A DNA stretch of 64,000 nucleotides, taken from IMG/VR virus record IMGVR_UViG_3300014204_007611; one strand, 5' to 3'. Below are positions 19,114 through 27,455 of the stretch, one piece after another. Source of the DNA: a virus. Numbering within the stretch: the stretch's first letter is position 1; each line of letters begins with the position of its first letter. The translations under genes and the position numbers were made by a program. Below the pieces are notes generated by a model that made no database searches, was not told the DNA's origin, and saw only the letters and a program-made list of their open reading frames with translations.

Positions 19114-20712
19114 TTAGCACTGTTTCAACGTATTCAGGTAATTCTTAATATCACCATTTGGCATTTCTACTCTATTGAACAGGTCTGGTTGGGTAACGCT
19201 CAATATCGTGTAAAATGCTTCTTCTGTTCCCATGTAGCCGTTTTCAACAGCCCAATTGACTTCGGTATAGAACAATGATGTCATCTGCTGGATTTGTTCT
19301 TTGGTTCCACCAAAGAGCGTGGCTCGGCACACATAATTAGGGTTTCTGGTACAACGACCAATCATGCCATTTATGTTGTAGCCGTGTATTTCTGCGTTTG
19401 TGTAATAAGCATAGGATGTAAGGAAGAATCGGTTCTTTGGTATTCTCGTAAAATAAAATTGATTCAAGTCACCATCGATATGATAACTACTGCAGATACC
19501 AGAGTCAACCCAATAGAAGTAACTGCTATTATTAGATCGCGAAGCTTCATCAAGCATGTGTTGCTTCGCCAGTGTGAGCGGAATATAATGACGCGAACCT
19601 ATTACGCTATCCTTCATCCAGGCTGACTGGTTGATCCACGAGTATGTAGATGTGACCTTCTGTACACCGTCAAAATAACCGGCACGTTCAATATCTGACA
19701 CATCAAACTTACGCAGATCCAATTCACCTCCTCCGCGAAGCTGCCGCATTTGGTCGAAATACTTCTCGTCGCAGAACAGCACCAATCGGTGTCTAGTGCT
19801 TAGGAGTTTCTTAACACCTTCGAGATAATGCGTTTCGAAGCTCCTATCGCTACGGTTGAGATCGACCATAGCAGACACTACCGTAATATCGTACGGGTGC
19901 CGATAGTCCTTATCTAAGAAACGATAGTTGAGTTGCGGGAATATTCTGTCATGTTTTAATTCATTCGGATAATAATCGTCTGGTGTCTTCGAATCGTCTG
20001 GTCTCTTACCAGCCATAGCACTACAATGATCGCCAAGATGGGCACAATACTGACCATCAAGGAAAACAGCCTTGAAACCTATCGCCAGAAATTTCCTATC
20101 AATATTCCATTCAGCGTGCCACTTTTCGACACGACCGAGTAAAATAAGATCATCACGGCGCTTGAGATTCGGGCTACCAACCCAACCATACCAAGCTAAA
20201 TGATAATCGGTTATACGCCATGGCTTCTTCCAGTAGAATGACACCTGCGAGCCGTCGTCTGTCTTGAATCTCACAATCTCTTTATCATAGCTGTCGATAC
20301 CTTGCCACTCGAATGTTCGCCACGAGATATCGACAACACCGACATTGCGATATTTCTGCAGAATTTTCTTTGAATCATTCAGATAACCAGTTCGAGAGAA
20401 TTCCCAGTCATCCTCAAGGTAGAAAATATATTCAGTGTCACAATATGACACCATGAAATCCATAGCCCACCATTGGCTGCGATTGTGCGGGAAACAGATG
20501 ACGTCACAATAGCTGCCGTATTCTTCCACCAATTTCTCAAAAACGCCATCTACGGCACTGTCGTCGACTATGACAGTCTTGGTCGTATAGTCCTTTGTAT
20601 CTGCAAAGGACTTCATAGTCTTCCTTAAAATATCTAATCTGTTGCAGCTTAATACGAATGTTGTGATATCTGATTCTGGCTGATCGACTGAATGGATTTT
20701 AACTTTACTCAT
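19114..20712 (-). CDS. Putative glycosyltransferase (GT-A-like N-terminus) with a large C-terminal domain
   Basis: TTFVLSCNRLDILRKTMKSF...TVIVDDSA at the N-terminus resembles a GT2 DxD region; the remainder is unknown. Confidence 0.45.
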   Translation of the reverse strand: MSKVKIHSVDQPESDITTFVLSCNRLDILRKTMKSFADTKDYTTKTVIVDDSAVDGVFEKLVEEYGSYCDVICFPHNRSQWWAMDFMVSYCDTEYIFYLEDDWEFSRTGYLNDSKKILQKYRNVGVVDISWRTFEWQGIDSYDKEIVRFKTDDGSQVSFYWKKPWRITDYHLAWYGWVGSPNLKRRDDLILLGRVEKWHAEWNIDRKFLAIGFKAVFLDGQYCAHLGDHCSAMAGKRPDDSKTPDDYYPNELKHDRIFPQLNYRFLDKDYRHPYDITVVSAMVDLNRSDRSFETHYLEGVKKLLSTRHRLVLFCDEKYFDQMRQLRGGGELDLRKFDVSDIERAGYFDGVQKVTSTYSWINQSAWMKDSVIGSRHYIPLTLAKQHMLDEASRSNNSSYFYWVDSGICSSYHIDGDLNQFYFTRIPKNRFFLTSYAYYTNAEIHGYNINGMIGRCTRNPNYVCRATLFGGTKEQIQQMTSLFYTEVNWAVENGYMGTEEAFYTILSVTQPDLFNRVEMPNGDIKNYLNTLKQC

Positions 20713-21046
20713 GCTTTTCCTTTGTAGTTTCTTCGTTCGGGATAATACTGAAACCCTTCAAACAAGCGTATTGTCCCTTGGGAGCTTGATCGAATACTGC
20801 TGCGATAGCTCCCCATCCTTTTTTGGGACCATCGTCATAATTTCCACACAAGCCATTGAGCAGCCCTAATAGACCTACATGGCAACCACCATGTTGTGCT
20901 GAAACCTGACATGTAGGATGGTCGGCAAGAGCTTCATTACATGGGATTCTATTCGCAATCAGAGCCCCAATACATGGTCTATCGAGTTCGGCTAATTCGT
21001 TTAGATAAGCAACAATACGGTTAGCCAATTCAAGATCGACAGCCAT
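20705..21046 (-). CDS. Hypothetical protein
   Basis: ATG at 21046 preceded by AGGAGA at a 6-nt spacing; the track start at 21079 lies inside an upstream palindrome. Confidence 0.4.
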   Translation of the reverse strand: MAVDLELANRIVAYLNELAELDRPCIGALIANRIPCNEALADHPTCQVSAQHGGCHVGLLGLLNGLCGNYDDGPKKGWGAIAAVFDQAPKGQYACLKGFSIIPNEETTKEKHE

Positions 21047-21111
21047 AATCATTCTCCTAGACCAGTATGTTATATACATACTGGCTATACCGAGAGAATA
21101 ATCAAAAGAAC

Positions 21112-21366
21112 CTAAGGCGTGGCCGACTCACCAAGAAAAGCTTGATAATGGTCTTTAGCCATATCAAAATAATGTAGCGGGATTGCCGTACCCTGTTCTA
21201 ACTGCTCGGCCATCTGTCTTAGGTAAGTGATGGTCGAGTTTAGGGCCTGCTGCTTCGTCATCTGCCCAAACCCTGGGACAGTGACAGGTGGTGATTCATT
21301 GACGTCCTCAGAAATCATCCTAGAAAGTTCGTCAATGTCGTCACTTGATAAACTCATCATTCCCAT
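21112..21366 (-). CDS. Hypothetical protein
   Basis: 84-aa ORF in the same-strand gene array. Confidence 0.35.
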   Translation of the reverse strand: MGMMSLSSDDIDELSRMISEDVNESPPVTVPGFGQMTKQQALNSTITYLRQMAEQLEQGTAIPLHYFDMAKDHYQAFLGESATP

Positions 21367-21477
21367 AATGCACCTATAACGTTGTTAATATATCTTTTAC
21401 AGCAATGCGATTGAGAGGAGTACGACGTGCTTATTATTCGATATCAGACGACCAATATGGTGTGATTGTCTTCACAT

Positions 21478-22029
21478 CTACGTTGACGGTTTTTGAACCG
21501 CCCAAGAAGGCCAATCCTTGGGATATTCTTGCGTTAAAAACAGCGTAAGATTTCTTTCCACAACAAACTTGTCAACATCTGGCTTGACGTTTGACCATTG
21601 GGTATAAGCATAGTCATGCCCACACAACCAACCACCATTCCTTATCTTCGGCCACCAAGCCGCTATATCTTCAGCAGCTTTTGTGTGGTCGGCGTCAATG
21701 TAGACTTTATCTAATGTCTCATCAGCAAATCGCTGGGCCGCGATAGTAGAAAACTCTTTAATGATATGTACGCGATCATCGCCAGCGAATCTATCAACTG
21801 CCAGCTTGTAATTTCTGTCATGGTCCGCCTTTGCAGACGAATCTTTTTGTTGCCAGACTGTCCCAGGTTGGTCTTGCCACGAATCAATAAGATAGAGTTT
21901 GTTGGGTCGATTACCAGCTAAAATAGTAAGCGAGAAATCGCCACGTAGAACACCAACCTCAACGAATACACCGCCACGGGGCAATGAGTAAACCAAACTG
22001 ACACGATTTCTTAGGTTGAGATTCATCAC
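21478..22029 (-). CDS. SAM-dependent O-methyltransferase, TylF/MycF (Methyltransf_24)-like
   Basis: VGVLRGDFS...LYLIDSW...VYIDADHT...NGGWLCGHDY is the macrocin-O-methyltransferase family pattern. Confidence 0.55.
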   Translation of the reverse strand: MMNLNLRNRVSLVYSLPRGGVFVEVGVLRGDFSLTILAGNRPNKLYLIDSWQDQPGTVWQQKDSSAKADHDRNYKLAVDRFAGDDRVHIIKEFSTIAAQRFADETLDKVYIDADHTKAAEDIAAWWPKIRNGGWLCGHDYAYTQWSNVKPDVDKFVVERNLTLFLTQEYPKDWPSWAVQKPST

Positions 22030-22074
22030 GATTACATCAAAGGGATGATAAAGTCGTCCGCGATTTTATGTACT

Positions 22075-22623
22075 TCATTGAGCATGAGAAGTAATAAACT
22101 CTTCGGATAGCATCCGACGCTTATGCTCGACAGACAAAACATTTGGGAAAGCACGAATTAGAAAAGGGTTGTGAACGGCCGCGATAACCTGATGTTGTGT
22201 CGCCTTCAATTTAGCGGCGATCTTACCGATTGACCTAATGCTCAAAGCCATGTCGGGCTCGTCTAAGATGAAGCACTTCCGTGTGTCATCCTGCTCGTCT
22301 AAAACATCAAATAAAGCAAGAACACAGTTACCATGTGATTGGTAACGCATATACACATCAGCCGCGAACTTGACGTATCCTCGTGTCCTTGGATTATCAC
22401 GTTCGAAGTCGAATAGCCGCAGTTCGACCGTGCCATCACACTTGATGTCAACTAACTTCTTGAAATCCGGCTCGTTGTATATTGATGTCCGGAACAACGA
22501 TAGAAGAGAGCTTTTCCCTGTCCCTTGGTCTCCGACCAACAGATTCACACCGGGTTCGAATTCGAATAAATCGCCTTCTTTGAAACACCGCCAATCTGTT
22601 TTGAATTGTATCGATTCAATCAT
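22075..22623 (-). CDS. Compact ABC/RecF-like P-loop ATPase
   Basis: Walker A GDQGTGKSS, Walker B/D-loop FILDEPDMALS, H-loop AAVHNP. ATG at 22623; the track's GTG start at 22665 lies inside a terminator hairpin. Confidence 0.5.
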   Translation of the reverse strand: MIESIQFKTDWRCFKEGDLFEFEPGVNLLVGDQGTGKSSLLSLFRTSIYNEPDFKKLVDIKCDGTVELRLFDFERDNPRTRGYVKFAADVYMRYQSHGNCVLALFDVLDEQDDTRKCFILDEPDMALSIRSIGKIAAKLKATQHQVIAAVHNPFLIRAFPNVLSVEHKRRMLSEEFITSHAQ

Positions 22624-22640
22624 AATATACCTAAAAAAGT

Positions 22641-22671
22641 GCCCCAGTGGACATATCCGGTCCACCGGGGC
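22641..22671 (-). terminator. Rho-independent terminator
   Basis: GCCCCAGTGGAC-atatccg-GTCCACCGGGGC hairpin (11 bp with one A.C mismatch), followed on the minus strand by a TTTTTT tract at 22634-22639 immediately before the ATG of the ATPase gene. Confidence 0.55.
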
Positions 22672-22906
22672 TGGGTAATTGTATTACTACAATTTGCACC
22701 GAATTACAGAGGCCAACTTTTCCGTTTAACCACGACCCTTGAGTTTTATACCCATGCGTAATGCGATTATACGACGACCGCAGTTAGTATTCTGCCCGCA
22801 AGAGCGGTCGGCCTGAGTTGCACAGGCATACATGGTTGGTTTTGGTCGAGGACTCGATTTGGTCTCCGGTGCGATGCTGAACTTGTAGCGGTAATCTGAA
22901 CCTGGG

Positions 22907-22997
22907 TGAGCTAAAACTTGCCTCTGCCACTGGGCTATCCCCGCGTGTTCTCTTCGCAAGTGCGGGGACCAGGACTCGAACCTGGGCTTTTGGGTTT
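22907..22997 (-). tRNA. tRNA-derived locus in non-canonical order: an intact T-arm plus acceptor 3' strand module lies upstream of an acceptor 5' strand, D-arm and anticodon-arm module. It is a possible permuted or split tRNA, a tRNA remnant, or an attachment-site relic.
   Basis: Minus strand reads AAACC-CAAAAGC-CCAGG-TTCGAGT-CCTGG-TCCCCGC-A, then CTTGCGAAGAGAACAC, then GCGGGGA-TA-GCC-CAGTGGCAGA-GGC-A-AGTTT-TAGCTCA, followed by a degenerate copy of the T-arm, CCCAGGTTCAGATTACCGC. The acceptor halves are perfectly complementary. I could not fold a canonical contiguous cloverleaf. Confidence 0.3.
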
Positions 22998-23060
22998 CGG
23001 CTCATGAACTTGAATCTGAGATTGAGACTACGCTACTTTAACAACCCGTGGCCAATCAGG

Positions 23061-23798
23061 TCAGGGTGTATCGAAAACGTAGCCAAGGAAATTCTTGGCC
23101 ACTGAAACGTCTTTCACTTCAACGCTGTTCGCTTCGCCCCTCGCAGTTCGAACTGCCTCTTGGAGCTTGACGATGCGAGCAAGCATTGCACGACGGTCGG
23201 CGTCGGGAATACCGCCAGAGTACTTGATCGTCGACCAATAACCAACCGGGACGTCTTCCATCCAGGTCTCGACTTGGGCGGGGTGCTTGTCGGTGGCGTC
23301 GTACTTCACGTTGTTGCGCGGCACCTTCTTGGTCCGAATCGATTCGGACGCTTCTGTCGCATAGTCGCCGCTGTCGCCGTTCTTCGACCACTTCTCAGCC
23401 GGATCGAGAACCGGGAACTTCGCGACGAAGGTGTGCAAGTCGGTGAGTTGCTTTTCGAGGAACAACAAGTGGGTCGCCGGGACTTGGTTGATGATAGTCT
23501 TGCCATCAACAATCACGTCGGCGAAGGCCGTTGTGTTCGCGACGTCCTGGGTGGCGACGATATCGATAACGTCGGTCAGAATGGTTCTGGCCCGTTCGAT
23601 CGATTCCGAAACGCGGATCTGAACCAGCTTCGCCTCCGAAGGTAGCTTCTCACCTTCGTCGTTGATTGGCCGGTAATTCCGTGCGATGCCGTTGAGCAGG
23701 TCGGTCTTCTGATGCAATTTGTGCAGTTCGGTTAAACCCGATACTGCTCGCGCCTTCTTGCCGTCAGCAAGCGCGATAATCTGGTGTAACTTGGGCAT
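23061..23798 (-). CDS. Hypothetical protein
   Basis: 245-aa ORF directly upstream of the tRNA-like locus in transcription order. Confidence 0.45.
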   Translation of the reverse strand: MPKLHQIIALADGKKARAVSGLTELHKLHQKTDLLNGIARNYRPINDEGEKLPSEAKLVQIRVSESIERARTILTDVIDIVATQDVANTTAFADVIVDGKTIINQVPATHLLFLEKQLTDLHTFVAKFPVLDPAEKWSKNGDSGDYATEASESIRTKKVPRNNVKYDATDKHPAQVETWMEDVPVGYWSTIKYSGGIPDADRRAMLARIVKLQEAVRTARGEANSVEVKDVSVAKNFLGYVFDTP

Positions 23799-23860
23799 TG
23801 ATTATCTCCAACAGTGAAACTGAAATTGATGGCACGTTATAGCACGAGGACCGCGATTGA

Positions 23861-24238
23861 TTAACTTCGGCGATAAGATGCTGAAGGAGCATCCGAGCGA
23901 GGACCGCCTGGACCTTCACTTTTAGATACGGCCACATCCTCCTGGTCGACCCATGGCTCTGCGATACCGATACCAACGACTTCAAGTTGGACAGTATCAA
24001 TCCAACATCCATCAACAAGCTTGCCGTCCTTGTCGACCGGTGGCTTGACTAGCCATTGGACGCACCCGTTGATATATTTCGTGTAGCCGGTAATAATTCC
24101 ACGCAGACCAGTAACCTTGTCCTTGACTTCTACGCCCAGTCTGATTTGTTCTTCGGCCATGATTTCCCTTCGTAGTTGCTCTGATATTGCTAGTGAACGG
24201 TTGTAATAGAAAGATGTTGGTGGTAGTCGTAGTTTCAT
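23861..24238 (-). CDS. Hypothetical protein
   Basis: ATG at 24238 with GAGGGA upstream; the track's longer version starts at a TTG inside the terminator stem. Confidence 0.4.
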   Translation of the reverse strand: MKLRLPPTSFYYNRSLAISEQLRREIMAEEQIRLGVEVKDKVTGLRGIITGYTKYINGCVQWLVKPPVDKDGKLVDGCWIDTVQLEVVGIGIAEPWVDQEDVAVSKSEGPGGPRSDAPSASYRRS

Positions 24239-24245
24239 AATAAAT

Positions 24246-24274
24246 CCCTCACCACCCAAATTGGGTGGTGAGGG
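24246..24274 (-). terminator. Rho-independent terminator for the CAP-domain gene
   Basis: Perfect 14-nt inverted repeat CCCTCACCACCCAA / TTGGGTGGTGAGGG, followed on the minus strand by ATTTATTAT. A second 7-bp palindrome, CGAGTAA-ttat-TTACTCG at 24279-24296, overlaps the stop codon. Confidence 0.55.
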
Positions 24275-24289
24275 CGAACGAGTAATTAT

Positions 24290-24766
24290 TTACTCGAATT
24301 GTTGGCACCAGAATGGTGCCCCACTCGGAGAGGCATATCCAGTAAACCCAGCCTTAGTATAGCCAGGATTGAGAATATTCGCTCGATGTCCAGAGCTGCT
24401 CATCCAAGCTGCTACAACGTCATCGACGTCGGCTTGGCCCATTGCAATATTCTCACAGCGATTTGCGCAATGAATCATCGAGTGTTGGTTTGCCATCCAA
24501 CCACAATGTTGTCTCGCTTTATGGAGGACCACGATGTCGAGAACCAAAGCTCGCAGGCCATACTTCTCACGGATAGCGTTGATGGCGTTGAGCAATTTGT
24601 GCTCATGCTCATATACTGGCGACTTATCAACAGGTGCGTTCAGTGAAGCAGTAGTACTACCGCTGCCTGAACCACCGCGATGGAAAAGACGACCACCACG
24701 AGCGAACGCTGTATTGGCAGACAATGCCACGATTACACAGATACACAGGACCCATTTCATAGTCAA
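24290..24766 (-). CDS. Secreted CAP/SCP/PR-1 (YkwD-like) domain protein with a signal peptide
   Basis: N-terminal MKWVLCICVIVALSANTAFA signal peptide. AWMSSSGHRANILNPGYTKAGFTGY and HCGWMANQH are CAP motifs, and GENIAMGQ matches the YkwD consensus. Confidence 0.6.
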   Translation of the reverse strand: MTMKWVLCICVIVALSANTAFARGGRLFHRGGSGSGSTTASLNAPVDKSPVYEHEHKLLNAINAIREKYGLRALVLDIVVLHKARQHCGWMANQHSMIHCANRCENIAMGQADVDDVVAAWMSSSGHRANILNPGYTKAGFTGYASPSGAPFWCQQFE

Positions 24767-24798
24767 CTCCTTTTTGATGGTAACAGAAAACGACTGGC

Positions 24799-25266
24799 TT
24801 AAATGCCGGTGACTCGTTGATATTGTGGCTCTACCGGACTATCAGTAGAACCGAATCCCTTACTACCACGCTCGGTCTCATCGAGGGTGCTTACTTCAAT
24901 GATGGATACTTCCGGAACTGGCAATACCAAACCTTGGATTATCTTGTCGCCCGGTTTAATAAATTGAGTGTCTTCGCTCAGATTGACAAGACAAACTAAC
25001 CATTCACCACGGTAGGTGCAGTCTATCACACCAGCGAGCCGGTGAATATTCTTCTTCGCACCCATTCCAGATCTGTCGAACAAAACAACACAGTACCCTT
25101 CTTCAATTGCTGCGGCCAATCCAGTATGAAAAATATGGCATTCACCCGGCGTAAGCTGAACGTAGTCGACTGTCGTGATATCGATACCAGCCTCTAGTGC
25201 TCCAGCCTTAGCAGGAATCTCGGCGTCAGATCGCAATTTCTGGAATTTTATCTGCATACTGGTCAA
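24799..25266 (-). CDS. dut: dUTP diphosphatase (dUTPase)
   Basis: GIDITT..., RSGMGAKK, GVIDCTYRGE and C-terminal KGFGSTD correspond to dUTPase motifs 1-5. Confidence 0.75.
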   Translation of the reverse strand: MTSMQIKFQKLRSDAEIPAKAGALEAGIDITTVDYVQLTPGECHIFHTGLAAAIEEGYCVVLFDRSGMGAKKNIHRLAGVIDCTYRGEWLVCLVNLSEDTQFIKPGDKIIQGLVLPVPEVSIIEVSTLDETERGSKGFGSTDSPVEPQYQRVTGI

Positions 25267-25332
25267 ATACGTCTGTGGTGATAGCCGAAATTGGAGCAGA
25301 ACGTAAAATTACAGTCAAGGTATTATAGAATT

Positions 25333-25515
25333 ATGACTACAAAATCCTGTGAAGATTGCGGCGAAATAATTCCGGTTGAACGTCTTGAAGTCCTACCGAA
25401 CACTAAATACTGCGTTAAGTGTGCAGCTAATCATCCTCTACCGACACCAGATCCCAACATCTTATGTGCTAAAGCAAGTCTTAGTTCTCAGAATGGGTTT
25501 AGCCCCAAAGACTAA
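25333..25515 (+). CDS. DksA/TraR-family C4 zinc-finger protein
   Basis: MTTKSCEDCGEIIPVERLEVLPNTKYCVKCAA. ATG at 25333; the track's 25291 start is a TTG. Confidence 0.5.
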   Translation: MTTKSCEDCGEIIPVERLEVLPNTKYCVKCAANHPLPTPDPNILCAKASLSSQNGFSPKD

Positions 25516-25819
25516 TCGCAGCAAATTTCGATGAGTAGATAGCCGTATTTGAGATATCGAGACACCGACACTTATGATCGCAGCCCTTTTTAGGGTTAGA
25601 TCGCCCAGTCACAATTCTCACATTCTCAACACATCACATAAAAGAACCACAAAAGACTAAAAGAACCACAAAAGACACTCACCTGACATAAAGAATAAAA
25701 GAACCAAAAAAGAAATTCTCATTGTCCTCTTGGGTCGCAGCCGCGTTAGACGTCTTCCTCTACGATCAGCCGGTTAGACCACTCTGACCTCATTCTTCAA
25801 TTGACACATCTGTCGCAGT

Positions 25820-25850
25820 CACTCCCCGGTGCGTTTAGTGCCGGGGAGTG
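25820..25850 (+). other. Perfect 10-bp stem-loop in an intergenic region
   Basis: CACTCCCCGG-tgcgtttagtg-CCGGGGAGTG, followed by ATAGACTTTCTC. Confidence 0.4.
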
Positions 25851-26111
25851 ATAGACTTTCTCAAGTGTATTCAGTGTCTACATAAGTGCGGCTCCCTGGA
25901 TGGAGCAACTAAAGAAGAATGATGTGCCCACTTTAGACGAGACGGCCTGAAAGCCGTAAAAAGGGCAATCTGCACCTGCTGGATTCGTCAACACCAGAGA
26001 CGGTTGTAGTGCCAGGATGGCAGCCAAACAGCCACAGCAGGCCAAGCGTGATGCAAGGATGGCCAGAGGTCCTCCAGGATTTTTCGTTCGGCCTGGAGGG
26101 AGAGGAGGCGA

Positions 26112-26134
26112 GGGAAGGGGGTTTGGGGGTTGGG
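26112..26134 (+). other. G-quadruplex-forming motif downstream of a 9-bp hairpin
   Basis: GGGaaGGGGGtttGGGGGttGGG gives four G3+ runs with loops of 2-3 nt. It is preceded by the TCCTCCAGG-13 nt-CCTGGAGGG hairpin at 26070-26100. Confidence 0.4.
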
Positions 26135-26465
26135 TGTGGAAGAGAAGGAAGCTTACCTTTCAGGCTAACATTCACTAACTTCTTTTATCATGATTATCTT
26201 CCAGATTTCTGATCATTGGAAGTCTCTTGATAAGCGAGCGGTTGTAGCGGCGCAGCCGCAAAAACCGCTCAGCAAATAAACGAGTAAGGGAATGCGCAGC
26301 ATTCCCGAACAAGTAAAATCTGCTGACAATAATCATACATCCAAATAAAAAAGAAAACTGTACAAAGCTAAAGTTGTACTTATACTTCTTTTCAAATATC
26401 TGCTATCAGTATATAACTAACAGAACTACCGTCAGGTACCTCTTGTTTACTACTGCTGGACTGTA

Positions 26466-27455
26466 ATGAAAATCGCAAAAGTTATCGACCAATATGGCTG
26501 GGCGTACTATTTTCTAGACAAAGAGCAGCAACGGTATTCAAAACACAACATTTCAATATTTAGACATAATGAAGTAGTTTTAGACGGTCTTGATGCAGTT
26601 TATATTCACGGACCTGATATCTCTCCAGAAGCTCTTGAACTCTGTCATAGAGCTAAAAGCAAGGGTGTGAAAGTTATCGGCGGTCATGCCGGTCCTGTTG
26701 TTAACTTACAACCATATCCATACCTTGATCTTGCAGTAGGGATTTCACCACAGACATTTAAGTTCTGCAAAGAACACTATAAGTGTCCTACTATATTCCT
26801 GCCTGAAGGAATAGATACTGAATTCTTTATACCGATGAAACGAGACCAGCCTATATCAACTTGGTCTAGGGGCAGATGGCGACCATCAAACGAGAAATTA
26901 CCAATTCCGTCACTAGTAAAACGCAGTGGCAGATATGTTAACAACTTAATAGTTGGTTGGGCTGGAAGACGTGATAACGTCAAGAGAATGCATTTATTAG
27001 AACGCCTTGATTTCAAAATAGAAATACAATCACAGCACGGAAGACAATTTTTTGTTGAGAGATCTCTTGACCACATGCTGCGGTTTTACAATGCTATCGA
27101 TGTACTAGTTATGACTAGCTTAAGTGAATGTATGCCGCGAGTTGTATTAGAGGCTTGTTCATGTGGTATCCCTGTCGTTTGCACTGATGTCGGGTCTATT
27201 CGTATGATTCTCGACCCTGATTGGATCGTACCTGTTAACCCAGAGAAGACAGTAGTAGAAGAGATGAATAAGCGCCTGCATTCACTAGAGAACAAAGACT
27301 TGAGAAGTAAAGTCGGTTTCGATAATAGACAGAGAATTGAAAAGACGTTGAGTTGGAAAGTTTTATGTCCTTATTGGGATGCCGCTATGATAGCGGCGGT
27401 CGAGGGGAACGTAAGTAGTATCAACACCATCAACCGTCATTTTGGAATGATATGA
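26466..27455 (+). CDS. Glycosyltransferase family 4/1 (GT-B)
   Basis: MTSLSECMPRVVLEACSCGIPVVCTDVGSIRMIL matches the EX7E-type GT4 C-terminal motif. Confidence 0.6.
   Translation: MKIAKVIDQYGWAYYFLDKEQQRYSKHNISIFRHNEVVLDGLDAVYIHGPDISPEALELCHRAKSKGVKVIGGHAGPVVNLQPYPYLDLAVGISPQTFKFCKEHYKCPTIFLPEGIDTEFFIPMKRDQPISTWSRGRWRPSNEKLPIPSLVKRSGRYVNNLIVGWAGRRDNVKRMHLLERLDFKIEIQSQHGRQFFVERSLDHMLRFYNAIDVLVMTSLSECMPRVVLEACSCGIPVVCTDVGSIRMILDPDWIVPVNPEKTVVEEMNKRLHSLENKDLRSKVGFDNRQRIEKTLSWKVLCPYWDAAMIAAVEGNVSSINTINRHFGMI

Noticed and set aside
22726-23005. ORFs 22726..22959(-) and 22784..23005(-)
   Set aside because: They overlap the tRNA-like modules and encode Arg/Pro-rich strings. The region reads as structured RNA or non-coding DNA.
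22872-23050. Canonical single tRNA gene
   Set aside because: I tried to fold both modules as ordinary cloverleaves, including class II with a long variable arm. The 3' module has no matching acceptor 5' strand upstream. The 5' module is followed by only about 12 nt before a degenerate acceptor. The locus is therefore reported as tRNA-derived, not as a confident tRNA.
23119-23645. Antisense and same-strand alternative-frame ORFs inside 23061..23798 (23119..23391-, 23160..23645+, 23306..23512-)
   Set aside because: They are Arg-rich translations of a GC-rich gene in other frames, with no independent start signals.
25933-26212. ORFs 25933..26175(-) and 26009..26212(+) in the large intergenic region
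   Set aside because: Their products are proline/glycine/serine low-complexity with no ribosome-binding site. They coincide with the G-rich motif and hairpins, so I treat the region as non-coding.
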